DNA from: an uncultured delta proteobacterium
Lineage (GTDB): Bacteria; Myxococcota_A; Polyangia; Polyangiales; Polyangiaceae
Assembly (NCBI GenBank): GCA_963716725.1
Contig: CAVQUB010000008.1
Location: 320,001 to 384,000 of the forward strand
DNA: 64,000 nt
Direction of reading: 5' to 3'
Shown here: positions 43,251-53,520 of the stretch, one piece after another
How the letters are laid out: each line of letters begins with the position of its first letter
Position numbering within the stretch: position 1 is the stretch's first letter
Notes under the pieces: generated by a model
Seen by the model: the letters and a program-made list of their open reading frames with translations, nothing else
Told to the model about the DNA's origin: nothing
Databases searched by the model: none
Position numbers and translations under genes: made by a program

Positions 43251-44833
43251 AGCCGATCCGGCTCGAACTCGCCGCCGGACTTGGGTTTCGCCGTCGCCGT
43301 CGCTGCTGGCTTGGGAGTCTTGCTCGACCCGTGCACCGACGCCTTCCCCGGCTTGGCCGCGGCAGGCGCTGGCTTCGGCGGCGTCTCCGCTGCAGTGGAG
43401 GCTTCCGGCGCGGCGCTGGGGGCGGGTTCGGCTGCGCTCGCCTCCGGGGGCGGGGAGGCGGGCTGGACCGCCGTCGCAGACACCGCGATGGGCGCGGGGG
43501 ATTGTTCGAGGATCGGTCCCGCGGCAGACTTGTCCGCGCCGTCGCGGGGCCCGCGCAGCAGCAACGCCCAAACCAGGACTGACGCGACCATCAGCAGGAG
43601 GAAGCTCCCGCCCACGACCGCGCCGATACCGATCGCCATGGAACTCCGGCGGGGTGCTGCGGTCGACGTCGCGACTGGCCCGACGGCACTCGCTCCGGTA
43701 CCCGTCGGGATCGGCGAGTGGATCAGCGAGCTCACGCCGCTGGAAACGTCCCGGGCGACGGTGGGCGCCTGGTCGTCTTCGAATTGTCCCGGCGGCAGCA
43801 GCGGCTCGGGCGGCGCGGCAGCCGCGGAGCTCCTCGGCTGCGCGTGAAACGGCGCGCTCTTGAAATCTTGCGGCACGCTGCCAGCTCCGCCCACCTCTTC
43901 AGGGACGATCAGGAGTCCATGCCGGCGCAGGGTCTCTTCGACGAAGCGCCCCACCGCACGCGCGCTCGCGGGATGGATGCCGGCCTGTTCGGCCGCTGCT
44001 TCGAGGGCATCGGCGAACTCTGCGGAGGTGCGAAAGCGGGCGCTGCGTTCGCGCAGTGCGTGCATGCACACGGCGTCGATCGCGGCAGGGATCTGCGGAT
44101 CCACCTGAGACGGCGTGGCGCGCGGTCCGGCCATCACGGCAGCCACGAGCGCCCCGTCGCTCGGCGCCTTGAACAGTCGTTGACCGGTGAGCAGCTCCCA
44201 GAGCACGACACCGACGGCGTACACGTCGCTCTGCCGATCCAGCTCTTCCGCACGCAGCTGTTCGGGCGACATGTACGGGACCTTGCCCTTGACCTGACTG
44301 CCGCGCGTGCTCGAGATGCGCGCTTCGGCCCGCGCCACGCCGAAGTCGGTGATGCGGCTCACGCCATCCACGCCGACGAGGACGTTCTGAGGCGAGACGT
44401 CGCGGTGAACCAGACCCACCGACTGCCCGTCCGCGCCGCGCAGCTCGTGGGCGGCATGAAGACCCGAGAGGGTGTCCAAGACGATCCGCAGCGCGACCTG
44501 AATCGGCAAGCGCTTGCCGTCGGCGCGCACCGCCTTGATCAGCACGTTGGCGGCGCTGCCCTCGATGTACTCCATCACGAGGGCGAGCCCATCTTCGGAC
44601 TGCTCGATGTCGAGAGTGGCGACGACGTTCGGGTGGCGGATGCCCGCGGCAAGCCGAGCTTCGTCCAAGAACATGGCGACGAAGTCGGGATCCGACGCGA
44701 TGTGCGCGTGCATCAGTTTGACGGCCACCAGGCGCTGAAAGCCGCCGGCGCCGACCACCCGCCCGAGATGAACGGAGGCCATCCCGCCCGACGCGATCGG
44801 ACGGATCAGCTCGTAGCGGCCAATTCTCTGCAT
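43247..44833 (-). CDS. Transmembrane Ser/Thr protein kinase
   Basis: GGMASV, VAVK, HRDVSPQN, DFG, YMSPEQ, TM, Pro/Ala tail. Confidence 0.95.
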   Translation of the reverse strand: MQRIGRYELIRPIASGGMASVHLGRVVGAGGFQRLVAVKLMHAHIASDPDFVAMFLDEARLAAGIRHPNVVATLDIEQSEDGLALVMEYIEGSAANVLIKAVRADGKRLPIQVALRIVLDTLSGLHAAHELRGADGQSVGLVHRDVSPQNVLVGVDGVSRITDFGVARAEARISSTRGSQVKGKVPYMSPEQLRAEELDRQSDVYAVGVVLWELLTGQRLFKAPSDGALVAAVMAGPRATPSQVDPQIPAAIDAVCMHALRERSARFRTSAEFADALEAAAEQAGIHPASARAVGRFVEETLRRHGLLIVPEEVGGAGSVPQDFKSAPFHAQPRSSAAAAPPEPLLPPGQFEDDQAPTVARDVSSGVSSLIHSPIPTGTGASAVGPVATSTAAPRRSSMAIGIGAVVGGSFLLLMVASVLVWALLLRGPRDGADKSAAGPILEQSPAPIAVSATAVQPASPPPEASAAEPAPSAAPEASTAAETPPKPAPAAAKPGKASVHGSSKTPKPAATATAKPKSGGEFEPDRL

Positions 44834-44939
44834 CCTCCGGCGTCCGCCAGCGGAAATCATACACGGCGCTCTCGGGCTCGGCCACGTCCTGCGAACGGAG
44901 CAATGACGCGGCGCGGTGTGCTAGGCTTCAGCGCGCGCG

Positions 44940-45863
44940 ATGCTGCGACGAATGCTCTACGCCGCCTGGATCGCGGGAATATCGGCGGCCTGCAGTCACG
45001 ACTGGGACAAGCTGTCACCGGTGGATGGGGTCGCCGCGACCGGGGGCAACTCCGGGGTGGGCGGCACCGGGGGCGGGAGCGGAGGCACCGGCGGAAGCGC
45101 TGGGTCGGGCGGCGCGGCAGGTAGCGGCGGCGCGGCGGGTGGCGGCGGCGCGGCGGGTAGCGGAGGCACCGGGTCGTGTGCTGACCCGTCGATGATTCCG
45201 GTGCTCGGCCAAAAGCCGAACGGCGGCACGGGGTTCTACTGCGTCGACCGAACGGAGGTCACGGTCACCGCGTACGAGGGCTTCCTCGCTGATTCGCCCT
45301 CCGCCGCAAACCAGCCGCCGGGCTGTGAGTGGAACACCGAGTTCAAGCCGTCGGGCGCCTGGCCGCCGCCGCCGGGGACGGGCGACCGACCGGTGACCTT
45401 CGTGGACTACTGTGACGCTGTGGCTTTCTGCGGGAAGGGGGGCAAGCGTTTGTGTGGCGGCATCGGCGGCGGCAGCGTCGCGTTCGACGCGTTCGCGAAA
45501 GCTACTGCCAGCGAGTGGTTCAATGCTTGTAGCCAAGGCGGCAAGCGGGCTTACCCCTATTCCACGAGCTACGATGCCTCGGCCTGCAATGGCATCGACT
45601 ATGGCTCGGGCGGCCCAGTGAAGACGGGCAGCGCCCCCAAATGCGAGGGCGGGTTCGCCGGGCTGCTCGACATGAGCGGGAACGTGTTCGAGTGGGAGAA
45701 CTCCTGCGAGGGCGCGGCCGGAGCGACGGACAAGTGCCGGATCCGCGGCGGCGGCTTCAATAGCAATTCGGCGAATCTTCGCTGTGACGTGGCAGCCGAC
45801 GCAGCGCGATCGACCGCAACGGTGACCATCGGGTTTCGCTGTTGTTCCGACGCCGTACCTTGA
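44940..45863 (+). CDS. FGE-sulfatase (SUMF1)-domain lipoprotein
   Basis: Lipobox SAAC, DRTEVT, GKRLC, DMSGNVFEW, GFRCC. Confidence 0.88.
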   Translation: MLRRMLYAAWIAGISAACSHDWDKLSPVDGVAATGGNSGVGGTGGGSGGTGGSAGSGGAAGSGGAAGGGGAAGSGGTGSCADPSMIPVLGQKPNGGTGFYCVDRTEVTVTAYEGFLADSPSAANQPPGCEWNTEFKPSGAWPPPPGTGDRPVTFVDYCDAVAFCGKGGKRLCGGIGGGSVAFDAFAKATASEWFNACSQGGKRAYPYSTSYDASACNGIDYGSGGPVKTGSAPKCEGGFAGLLDMSGNVFEWENSCEGAAGATDKCRIRGGGFNSNSANLRCDVAADAARSTATVTIGFRCCSDAVP

Positions 45864-46042
45864 GGGGCGCGGCGCGGCGGAGGCTGGCCAAAACAACGCG
45901 GTTGGACCAAGCGAGCCGACAGATACGCCGGCGGCTCCACCGCGTCGTAGTAGGTGACTTTCGTCATCTCTCGTCCGCGCTCCACCGAGCAGGGTCTCGG
46001 TCGATTGCCGGATTCCAGGCGGTCGGAGTATGACCCGCCGCA

Positions 46043-47383
46043 ATGAGCCAGACGCGGGAGGAGTTCTTGCTCGCGGGCCGACGCCAGGGCGGATGGTCCA
46101 TGGCGATGAGCGTGGCCGCCACCTGGATCTGGGCGCCGGCGCTGTTCGTGAGCTCGCAGCAAGCCTACGAAAACGGGCTCGCCGGCGTGTTCTACTTCTG
46201 CTTCTGCAACACGATCACGCTGGGCATCTTCGGATGGGTGGCCCAGCGCGCCGACCGCCAGCTGCAACGGCAGGGCTACACCTTTCCCCAGGTCATTCGC
46301 CAGCGCTTCGACAAGAAGACCCACGCCATCTACCTCGTGGTGTTCTTGGCGGTACTGCTCTGCTCTTTCGCGACCCAGCTGTTGGCGGCCAGCTCCCTGC
46401 TCGCGACCTACACGGGCCTGCCGCCGCTGGCGATCTCGGTCACCATCACGGTGCTCGTGCTCTCCTACAGCCTGTATCGCGGTCTCGTTGCCTCCATCGC
46501 CACGGACGTCGTCCAGCTGGCGGTGATCTACGTGGGCGCGCTGGTCGTCGTGCCGCTGGCCATCAGCCGGGCGGGCGGCTTCCATCTGGTGCAGAGCGGC
46601 CTCGGAGGCGTGAGCGGCGAGCACCTCAGCCCGCTGGACGCGAAAGTCTTCCTTGGCTTTGGCGTCTTCGTGTCGATCAATCACTTGTTTGCTCTGTATG
46701 CAGACCAGATGCACTGGCAGCGGGCCTTTGCCATCCGTGCTGGCCAGCAGGCGTCGACCTACCGTCTGGCGATGCTGTGTTTCTTGGTGGTTCCCGTCGG
46801 CCTTTCGCTGCTGGGGTTCTTGGCAGCAGGGCTCGTGCGATCCGGCCAGCTCGTGGTGAAGAACCCGGGACTCGTGGGGAGCGAAGTGATCCAGGCACTG
46901 TTGCCGGGCTGGGCCATGGCGCTGTTTGCGTTGGTGATCTTGTGCGGACTGATGAGCACGCTGGATTCGATCGTCATGGCCTTGGCCAGCATCGCCACCG
47001 TCGACCTGCTGGGGACGTCCGCGCGCGACGACGGGAGCACCACGGATCTGAAGCGCATCCGCATCGCGATGATCGTGATGAGCTTGCTCGGCCTCGGCCT
47101 TGCCAGCGTCCCCGGCATCACGATCCTGGGCATGTTTCTGTTCTACGGCATGCTGCGGCTCGCCGTGGCCACGCCGACGCTGGCCGTGATCTTCGACTCG
47201 CGCGTCACGAGTCGGGGCGTCTTCTCGGGCGTTCTTCTGGCGGTGGTCGTCGCCGTGCCGACCTATTTGGTCGGCGTCTCCTGGGACAGCTTCACGCTCA
47301 AACTCGGTGCCACGCTGGTCGCCGTGCTCGCAGGCGGCGGAGTCACGCTCCTGCTCCGTGCGCCAAGTTCCGCGCCGTCGTGA
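46043..47383 (+). CDS. Sodium:solute symporter family transporter
   Basis: EFLLAGR, SVAATWIWAPALF, ASIATDVVQ, WQRAFA, LMSTLDS; many TMs. Confidence 0.88.
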   Translation: MSQTREEFLLAGRRQGGWSMAMSVAATWIWAPALFVSSQQAYENGLAGVFYFCFCNTITLGIFGWVAQRADRQLQRQGYTFPQVIRQRFDKKTHAIYLVVFLAVLLCSFATQLLAASSLLATYTGLPPLAISVTITVLVLSYSLYRGLVASIATDVVQLAVIYVGALVVVPLAISRAGGFHLVQSGLGGVSGEHLSPLDAKVFLGFGVFVSINHLFALYADQMHWQRAFAIRAGQQASTYRLAMLCFLVVPVGLSLLGFLAAGLVRSGQLVVKNPGLVGSEVIQALLPGWAMALFALVILCGLMSTLDSIVMALASIATVDLLGTSARDDGSTTDLKRIRIAMIVMSLLGLGLASVPGITILGMFLFYGMLRLAVATPTLAVIFDSRVTSRGVFSGVLLAVVVAVPTYLVGVSWDSFTLKLGATLVAVLAGGGVTLLLRAPSSAPS

Positions 47384-47392
47384 AGCGCCCAG

Positions 47393-47535
47393 CCCGGGCC
47401 GTGTCGCCACGAACACGCGCACCGCCGGGGGAAGACTTGGCACGAGCGCAGAGCCTCGAGCACCCGGCGCAGCGTCGCGACCGAGACCTCGTCACCGAAC
47501 TCGATGCGCGCTCCGGCGACCTCGATTGGAACGTG
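47393..47535 (-). mobile_element. IS66-family remnant (end of tnpA, start of tnpB)
   Basis: IEVAGARIEFGDEVSVATLRRVLEAL overlapping MPSLPPAVRVFVATRP. Confidence 0.7.
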
Positions 47536-47863
47536 CGCTGCGAGCGACATGGCTCGTGACCGGAGCGAAGTCCGTTGCGGCCATGCGAAGCAGGATGCCG
47601 TGTGCGAGCTCGGTCGCCGAGAGCAGGGCCACGACGAGCACGGCGAGCCCCGCATTGCCGCGGTCGAGGTCGGAGCAGGATGCGCGGTTCGGGGACGGGC
47701 AGCGGTGGCTCGAAGGCCGCGTCTTCGGTCCCACGCCACCGCCACGTGCCGGGCCGCCACCGATGGAACGGCGGTGCACCTTCGTCGGCGGCGGTCCGGC
47801 AGGAGTCCGGCGACGACAATGGTCAATTGTTGGCGCGCTCACTCTGGCGCGGCGTTCAGGCTC

Positions 47864-48337
47864 CTACCGCTTTCTTAGAAGTTGGACGTCGCTGCCCGGG
47901 CTGAGGGTTAGCCAAATCTCGTTGGACGACCGCAGCGTGGCGTGCCGTTGCGAGCTCGCCCCGCTCTGAGTGGTCTGCCCTTGTCCGAGTTGCTCGTTGG
48001 TCGTTTGATTGCTGCACTGCTGCACGTTCAAGACGACGCTGCCCGAACCCATTTGGTAGGTGCCCTCGCACCGATTGCGAAAGGTCGCGTCTGGAACCGC
48101 CTCCATCGTTTCGAGCAAGAACCTCCCCGGCGGCTGCTCCGGTGGCCCCAAGCACATGGCCGCGGTGCGATAGATGTTGGTGGGATCGGACTCGAAACAA
48201 CCGCCGAACGCTGCCGATGACTCCGGCGGCCCCGGCCCCGGGCCGCCGCCGCGTCGGTGGGCTGGGCCTGAGCCGCAACCCGCAGTCAACACCCCGAGAA
48301 CCGCGACGCCCACCAACCTATGAATCGTGGCCACCAT
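47864..48337 (-). CDS. Hypothetical lipoprotein
   Basis: Lipobox TAGC; small beta-rich domain with Cys residues. Confidence 0.6.
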   Translation of the reverse strand: MVATIHRLVGVAVLGVLTAGCGSGPAHRRGGGPGPGPPESSAAFGGCFESDPTNIYRTAAMCLGPPEQPPGRFLLETMEAVPDATFRNRCEGTYQMGSGSVVLNVQQCSNQTTNEQLGQGQTTQSGASSQRHATLRSSNEIWLTLSPGSDVQLLRKR

Positions 48338-48442
48338 TCGCTTCGATGAAGCTACCACGACAGCTGCTGCGAGCCCCGCGTCGCTCGCGCCTCGGCCCTG
48401 CGCCTCAGTCCCCCACCGCCTGCAAGAGAGGTTTGCCGCTAC

Positions 48443-48476
48443 CCGCGGTCACGCCGGGGCCCCGGCGTGACCGCGG
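48443..48476. repeat. Perfect 34-bp palindrome without loop
   Basis: CCGCGGTCACGCCGGGG|CCCCGGCGTGACCGCGG. Confidence 0.95.
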
Positions 48477-48876
48477 AGCTCGCTGAGCGCGTGATGTCGA
48501 AGCGATGCCCCGAGCGCCGGGCGACGGGGGGCACCTCGGACTGATGCTCGGCGGCGGCGGCTCCCGAAGGGCTCAGGTCAGAATGAGTCGACCGCTGCCA
48601 CTCCGGCGGTCGACGCGCTCGCGAAGGGCGTGACGACGAGTCTCGAAAAGTCGTCTCTGCAGGCCGCGAGCTTGTGGGCGGTGTTCGACACGCTCCAGGC
48701 GGTGGTCCCGTGCGTTCCGACGGCGACGAATTACTTCGGCGACGTCCCCATCCCCGCGGCCTGCCAAGTTCACCTCGATGGCAGCGCCAGAGCCACGCTG
48801 CAGTGGGAGCTCGAGAAGCGCTTCCGGGAGTTCGAGTCGCAGCAGTGACGCGGGGCGACTGCGGCGAGACGCGCAG

Positions 48877-50034
48877 ATGTCGCGCTTGACCGGCGCGACG
48901 CGTGGGCTGGACAATCCGAGGGTGACGAGCGGCGGATTCACTCGGCGCCTGACTCGACCGTTGAGCATGGCGCGCCTTGCCTGGGTCTCCGGGGCCCTTT
49001 CGGATCCATTTCTGTTGGCCAAGCGGTTGCGCTGGGCCGTCGAGCTCCGGGGCGTGAGCCGCTCGTTGTTTCACTTTCGGTCGGCGACTGCGCTCCTGCT
49101 CGGGCACGAACTCGGGCTCTTCCGCGCGCTTGGGGCGGGAGCACGAACGGAGACCGATCTGGCTTGCGAGCTCGACGTACACCAACGCTCGATTGAAGCG
49201 CTAGGACGAATTCTCGAGAGCCAGGGAGTGCTGGTGCGAAAGGCAGGCGAGCTCCGCCTCTCGCGTTTCGCGCGGGCGTTCATCGCGACGGACGAACCGG
49301 AGTCGATCGGTCCGATGTTGGACTTGATGGCGGCGCAAGCCGGCGCTTTCCCCGACGTCGTCAGCGGCATGCGCACGGGGAAGGTGCCGCCGGCCCTCGA
49401 CATCCTCTCGGAGACCGGTCGCCATCGTGCGTTTCTCGACGCCGTCAACGCGTACCTCTTGCCCGCGATGGGCGATCTCGTGTCCAGGGTCGAGCTCCCG
49501 GACGTGAAGGAATTCATCGTGGGCTCGATGGGCGTGAGCGCGAGCTCCGTGCTTCTCGACCGCTTCCCCCGCTCACGCGTCACCTACGGGTGTCTCGAAC
49601 ACTTGGTCCGGGAAATTCCCCGCTTGCGCGAGCGCTACGCCGTGCCCGCCCATCGAGTGTCCGGAATGCACGAGCACGGCGGCGATCCAGAGGCGGATCG
49701 CTGGGGAGAACAAGCGTTCGACCTCGTGCTGTTGACCAAGAAGATGATCCTGTCGCCTGAGCAGCGGACCGGCGAGCGTTTCGCGCGCAAGGCCTTCGAG
49801 GTCCTCAGATCTGGGGGCGTTGCCGTGCTCTGGGAGTGCATCCACCCCGACGTCGGTCCGACCTCCAAGGCGCGGGCCATGGAGGCCGTGCTCGACTTGG
49901 TAGCCAGCCCGCAAGGCACGGTGAGCACCGAAGGAAGCGTGCGCGAGTTGCTGCAAGGCGTCGGCTACGCCGAGGTGCGCGTGGTGCCCTGCCTGGCCGG
50001 CGAGACGACCTTCGTCGTCGCCCGCAAGCGGTAG
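48877..50034 (+). CDS. O-methyltransferase-like protein (dimerisation domain + Rossmann fold)
   Basis: ELGLFRAL...T..DLA winged helix; FDLVLL..ILS, LRSGG; SAM motif I degenerate. Confidence 0.7.
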   Translation: MSRLTGATRGLDNPRVTSGGFTRRLTRPLSMARLAWVSGALSDPFLLAKRLRWAVELRGVSRSLFHFRSATALLLGHELGLFRALGAGARTETDLACELDVHQRSIEALGRILESQGVLVRKAGELRLSRFARAFIATDEPESIGPMLDLMAAQAGAFPDVVSGMRTGKVPPALDILSETGRHRAFLDAVNAYLLPAMGDLVSRVELPDVKEFIVGSMGVSASSVLLDRFPRSRVTYGCLEHLVREIPRLRERYAVPAHRVSGMHEHGGDPEADRWGEQAFDLVLLTKKMILSPEQRTGERFARKAFEVLRSGGVAVLWECIHPDVGPTSKARAMEAVLDLVASPQGTVSTEGSVRELLQGVGYAEVRVVPCLAGETTFVVARKR

Positions 50035-50117
50035 GCGAAGAGGACTTGGGCCCGGGCCCGCGCCGCCCTTTGCGTCCGAATTGACGCTCGCCCCGCACCG
50101 CCGGATGAACGGGCTCG

Positions 50118-52157
50118 GTGCTCTTCGCCCTGAACACGTTCTTCGGCGCATGGCTGCTCTTCGTCGTGCAACCGATGTTTGCGAAGTGGCTCTTGCCCGT
50201 CGTTGGCGGAAGCCCCGCCACCTGGGCGGCGTGCATGGTGTTCTACCAGACGCTGCTTCTCGCCGGGTACGCCTACGCACACCTGCTCACGACACGTCTG
50301 TCTCGCGGGGCGCAGGTGCGACTGCACGTCGTGCTCGTCGTGGTCGCCGCAGTGGCGCTACTCCGCGAGTCCGCAGCTTCGCCCGAGTTGGCGCCGGTCG
50401 ATCCTGCTTTTGCCATCCCGTGGCTCTTGCTGAGAGAGCTGGGGTTTCCGTTCTTCGTTTTGGCCAGCACTGCGCCGCTGCTCCAGCGCTGGGCGGCTTT
50501 CGTGACCGGGCGATCTCCCTATTCGCTCTACGCGCTCTCCAACGCGGGCTCGCTGCTCGGCCTGCTCAGCTATCCGTTCTTACTCGAACCGGCTTTCGAT
50601 TTGTCCGAGCAGCGCGCGGGATTCCGTTGGGCTTTTGCGGCGTTTTGCGGGCTGATGGTTTGGGTCGCACTTCGCCTGCATCAGGCGGACGAAGCGCCGC
50701 ACGAGCCAGAATCGGCAACGTCGCCGAGCGGGCAGCGCACGCCCGAGGCGGCGCAATGGATGGCGTGGGCGTTTGTCCCGAGCGTGCTCTTGCTGGCTGC
50801 CACGAACCACATCACCGTCGACGTCGCGGCGACGCCCTTGCTTTGGGTCGCGCCCCTGGCGCTCTACCTCGTGTCGTTCATCGTCGCCTTCGGCGCGTGG
50901 CGTTCGGCGTGGCGTGGTCCTCTGCTCGTCGTCTGGCTCGTCGCAGCGACGGCCCTCGCGCTGAACTCGTACGCCCAAGCCGCGGCGCCGCTCTGGCGAC
51001 AACTCGGCGCGACGCTGCTCGCGCTCTTCGCCGCATGCACTCTCTGCCATGGTGAGCTCGCGCGAACTCGACCGCCGGTTCGGCAGCTCACTCGCTACTA
51101 CCTCTACATTGCCTCGGGCGGGGCCCTTGGCGGCGCTTTCGTGAGCTGGGTCGCGCCCGTCGTGTTCAACGACTACTTCGAGTTGGAGCTCGCAGCGCTG
51201 GCGACCTTCGGGCTGTTGCTCTTCGCGTCTCGCCCGAGTCAACCCGACCCGTGGCCGCGCACCCAACGTCTGGGAGTGGTGTTCGGCGCTGCCATCGGCG
51301 TTCCGCTTCTGGTTGCCAACCTGTGGCTGCGGACGCGACTGGAGACGCGGCAAGGCAGGGTTTTCGAGCGAACTCGGAGCTTCTCGGGGACACTTCGAGT
51401 CCTCGATCTGCCGACTGGGCGATTGCTGACCCACGGTCGCATTCAGCACGGTTTCCAGCTCCGAGGTGACGTCGAGCGCCGCCTGCCCACGTTGTGCTTC
51501 GGACCGGGAACCGCGCTCGCGCGGGTTTTCGAAGCGCACCACCCCGAGCGGCCCCGGAGCATCGGTGTGGTCGGGCTCGGCATCGGCACGATCGCGAGTT
51601 ACGGCCGGCCGGGTGACCAGCTGCGTTTCTACGAGATAGACGACCAGGTGGTGGGCATCGCGCGGCGCGACTTCACCTTTCTGTCCGACTCCCAAGGCAG
51701 CATCGAGATCGTCATCGGCGACGGCCGGCTCGCGCTGGCGCGGGAGGCGCCTCATGCTTTCGATCTCTTGGTGCTGGATGCGTTCACGAGCGACGCAGTG
51801 CCGGTGCATTTGCTGACCCGCGAAGCCTTCGCCGTCTACGCTGCTCAGCTTGCCCCCGATGGAGTGTTGCTGGCGCACATCTCCAATCGCTATCTAGCGA
51901 TCGATCGCGTCGTTCGCGCGAGCGCGAATGCGCTGAATCTGGCCCATGCCATCGTGGAAAACCCGCCGGATCCCGGCCAGCACGTCACGCGCGCCGATTG
52001 GGCGCTCCTGGCTCGTGATCCGAGCGCCGTGGAGGTGCTCGCCCGCCCGCTGCAAATCAAGCGCCCGACCGGCCCCGACCTGCTCTGGACCGACGCTCAC
52101 GCCAGCGTGTTTTCGGCGATGCGCTCAGCCGCACGCAGACGTTCAACGACGGAGTGA
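50118..52157 (+). CDS. Fused membrane / spermidine-synthase-like SAM-dependent protein
   Basis: LLFVVQPM, LYALSNAGS, CHGEL, VVGLGIG, YEID, LDAFTSDAVPVHLLT, WTD. Confidence 0.9.
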   Translation: MLFALNTFFGAWLLFVVQPMFAKWLLPVVGGSPATWAACMVFYQTLLLAGYAYAHLLTTRLSRGAQVRLHVVLVVVAAVALLRESAASPELAPVDPAFAIPWLLLRELGFPFFVLASTAPLLQRWAAFVTGRSPYSLYALSNAGSLLGLLSYPFLLEPAFDLSEQRAGFRWAFAAFCGLMVWVALRLHQADEAPHEPESATSPSGQRTPEAAQWMAWAFVPSVLLLAATNHITVDVAATPLLWVAPLALYLVSFIVAFGAWRSAWRGPLLVVWLVAATALALNSYAQAAAPLWRQLGATLLALFAACTLCHGELARTRPPVRQLTRYYLYIASGGALGGAFVSWVAPVVFNDYFELELAALATFGLLLFASRPSQPDPWPRTQRLGVVFGAAIGVPLLVANLWLRTRLETRQGRVFERTRSFSGTLRVLDLPTGRLLTHGRIQHGFQLRGDVERRLPTLCFGPGTALARVFEAHHPERPRSIGVVGLGIGTIASYGRPGDQLRFYEIDDQVVGIARRDFTFLSDSQGSIEIVIGDGRLALAREAPHAFDLLVLDAFTSDAVPVHLLTREAFAVYAAQLAPDGVLLAHISNRYLAIDRVVRASANALNLAHAIVENPPDPGQHVTRADWALLARDPSAVEVLARPLQIKRPTGPDLLWTDAHASVFSAMRSAARRRSTTE

Positions 52158-52159
52158 AT

Positions 52160-52636
52160 TTACGGCGATGGCTTGGCTTTGAAGTCGATGGCGCCGTCGG
52201 GCAAGAGGTACAGCACGAACGCTTCGCCGTCCGTCACGGTCGGGTAGTGCGCACTCTCGGGGCCATAGACTACCCAGCCCGCACCCTGCCCGACGAACCG
52301 CGCCCCCGGAGTGACCGGCACCACCAAGTCGATCTCGCCCTTGGGATGACGATGGTACGGGCCCTTCACGTCCTTCATGTGCACGACGTCGACGCTGAAA
52401 CCGGCCGTGGCGTCCGAAGCCTCGATCACGCGCCCGTAGCGGATCCCGCCGCGCTCGTGCTCACACATCCACCCCGCAAGAGCGCCATCGTGGCAAGCCT
52501 GCGTCAGAGCGCGAAGGGTGTCGCTCCCGTGTCCGAGCTGCGCCTCGAGCAGGGATCGCAGCTCGGGGTTCAGGGCGTGACCTCGGATTGCCTCGGTGAC
52601 GTGGGCGATCCGGGCGCGAAAGTCGTCGGGCGTCAT
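52160..52636 (-). CDS. DUF4863 / 4-hydroxylaminobenzoate-lyase-like cupin
   Basis: GWMC..GGIRYGRV, FSVDVV, HRHPKGEIDL, SAHYPTV, YLLPDGAI. Confidence 0.8.
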   Translation of the reverse strand: MTPDDFRARIAHVTEAIRGHALNPELRSLLEAQLGHGSDTLRALTQACHDGALAGWMCEHERGGIRYGRVIEASDATAGFSVDVVHMKDVKGPYHRHPKGEIDLVVPVTPGARFVGQGAGWVVYGPESAHYPTVTDGEAFVLYLLPDGAIDFKAKPSP

Positions 52637-52639
52637 CAC

Positions 52640-52895
52640 GGCCGGTGAGCATCGGCGACGAGGCGCCGCCGCCGGAAGAAGGCCAGAGCCACGAGCATGG
52701 TGGACTCGCCGTGGGTGTGCTGCAGCTTGACGTAGTTGCCAAAGCCGCAGCCGCAGCCGCAGGTTCCTGTGGAGCACCTGTCGTCGCAGCCGTCGTTGAC
52801 GAACACGACTTTGCCGTCAGCCGCTGCCACGACCGAGCGACTCCCGGCGTCCATTACGGGCCAACTCCCGATGCCGAAGTCGCTTCCCGGAGCTC
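52640..52895 (-). pseudogene. Internal M23 peptidase fragment joined to a hydrophobic-RRRR tail
   Basis: SDFGIG..VVAAADGKV..GFGNYVKLQH, then LVALAFFRRRR. Confidence 0.65.
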
Positions 52896-52944
52896 GGGAG
52901 CTCGATGGGGAATCGATACTTCTGCGCGTGTGCGGCCTCAGGCC

Positions 52945-53448
52945 GCTGATTGCCTCCACCTCCGAGTAAGTCAGTCGCTGCGGCGTGGTGCGCGGGCAGC
53001 TTGGGCGATCGTCGAGAGCGCATGTTTCTTCGGCTCGACACCGAACGTGATAGCGAGCCGCCGAGAGGTGGAGTGCTCGGAGCGCCGCGAACAGGGGTAT
53101 GACCTTTCGCGCACGCTCGATCGCGCCGAGCAGGAGTCGATTGCCGTCCGCATCCGGGACGCGACAGGCTTCGAGCTTGAATCCCGAGATGCAGAGCAAA
53201 GCCAGAACGAGTCGGACAACGGAGATGAGCACCGCGGTCCGGCGCTCGAGCAGAACGATACGAGCCTGGGGCGCGCCCTACGCCCCGCGATCGATTTCGA
53301 ACGACACCACGTTCCCCATGCCTTGCCGGATCCAGCTCAGCGCTGTCGAGTGCGGGATCCCGAGCCCCGGGAACAGGTCCGGGTTCCGGGTGCGCACGAT
53401 CTGCTGCTTGATTCGGTGGTCGTAAGCGCGGCGGGAGCGGCTGCTCAT
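52945..53448 (-). mobile_element. Transposase N-terminal fragment with internal stop
   Basis: RAYDHRIKQQI..IPHSTALSWIR..CALDDRPSCPRTTPQRLT; TAG at 53278; catalytic domain absent. Confidence 0.65.
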
Positions 53449-53520
53449 GTGTCGAGCAGAGCACGCTCGGGCGCGTCAGTATCGGCACGCGGAGAGTCGG
53501 AGAAAAGCGAGTGATTTTGC

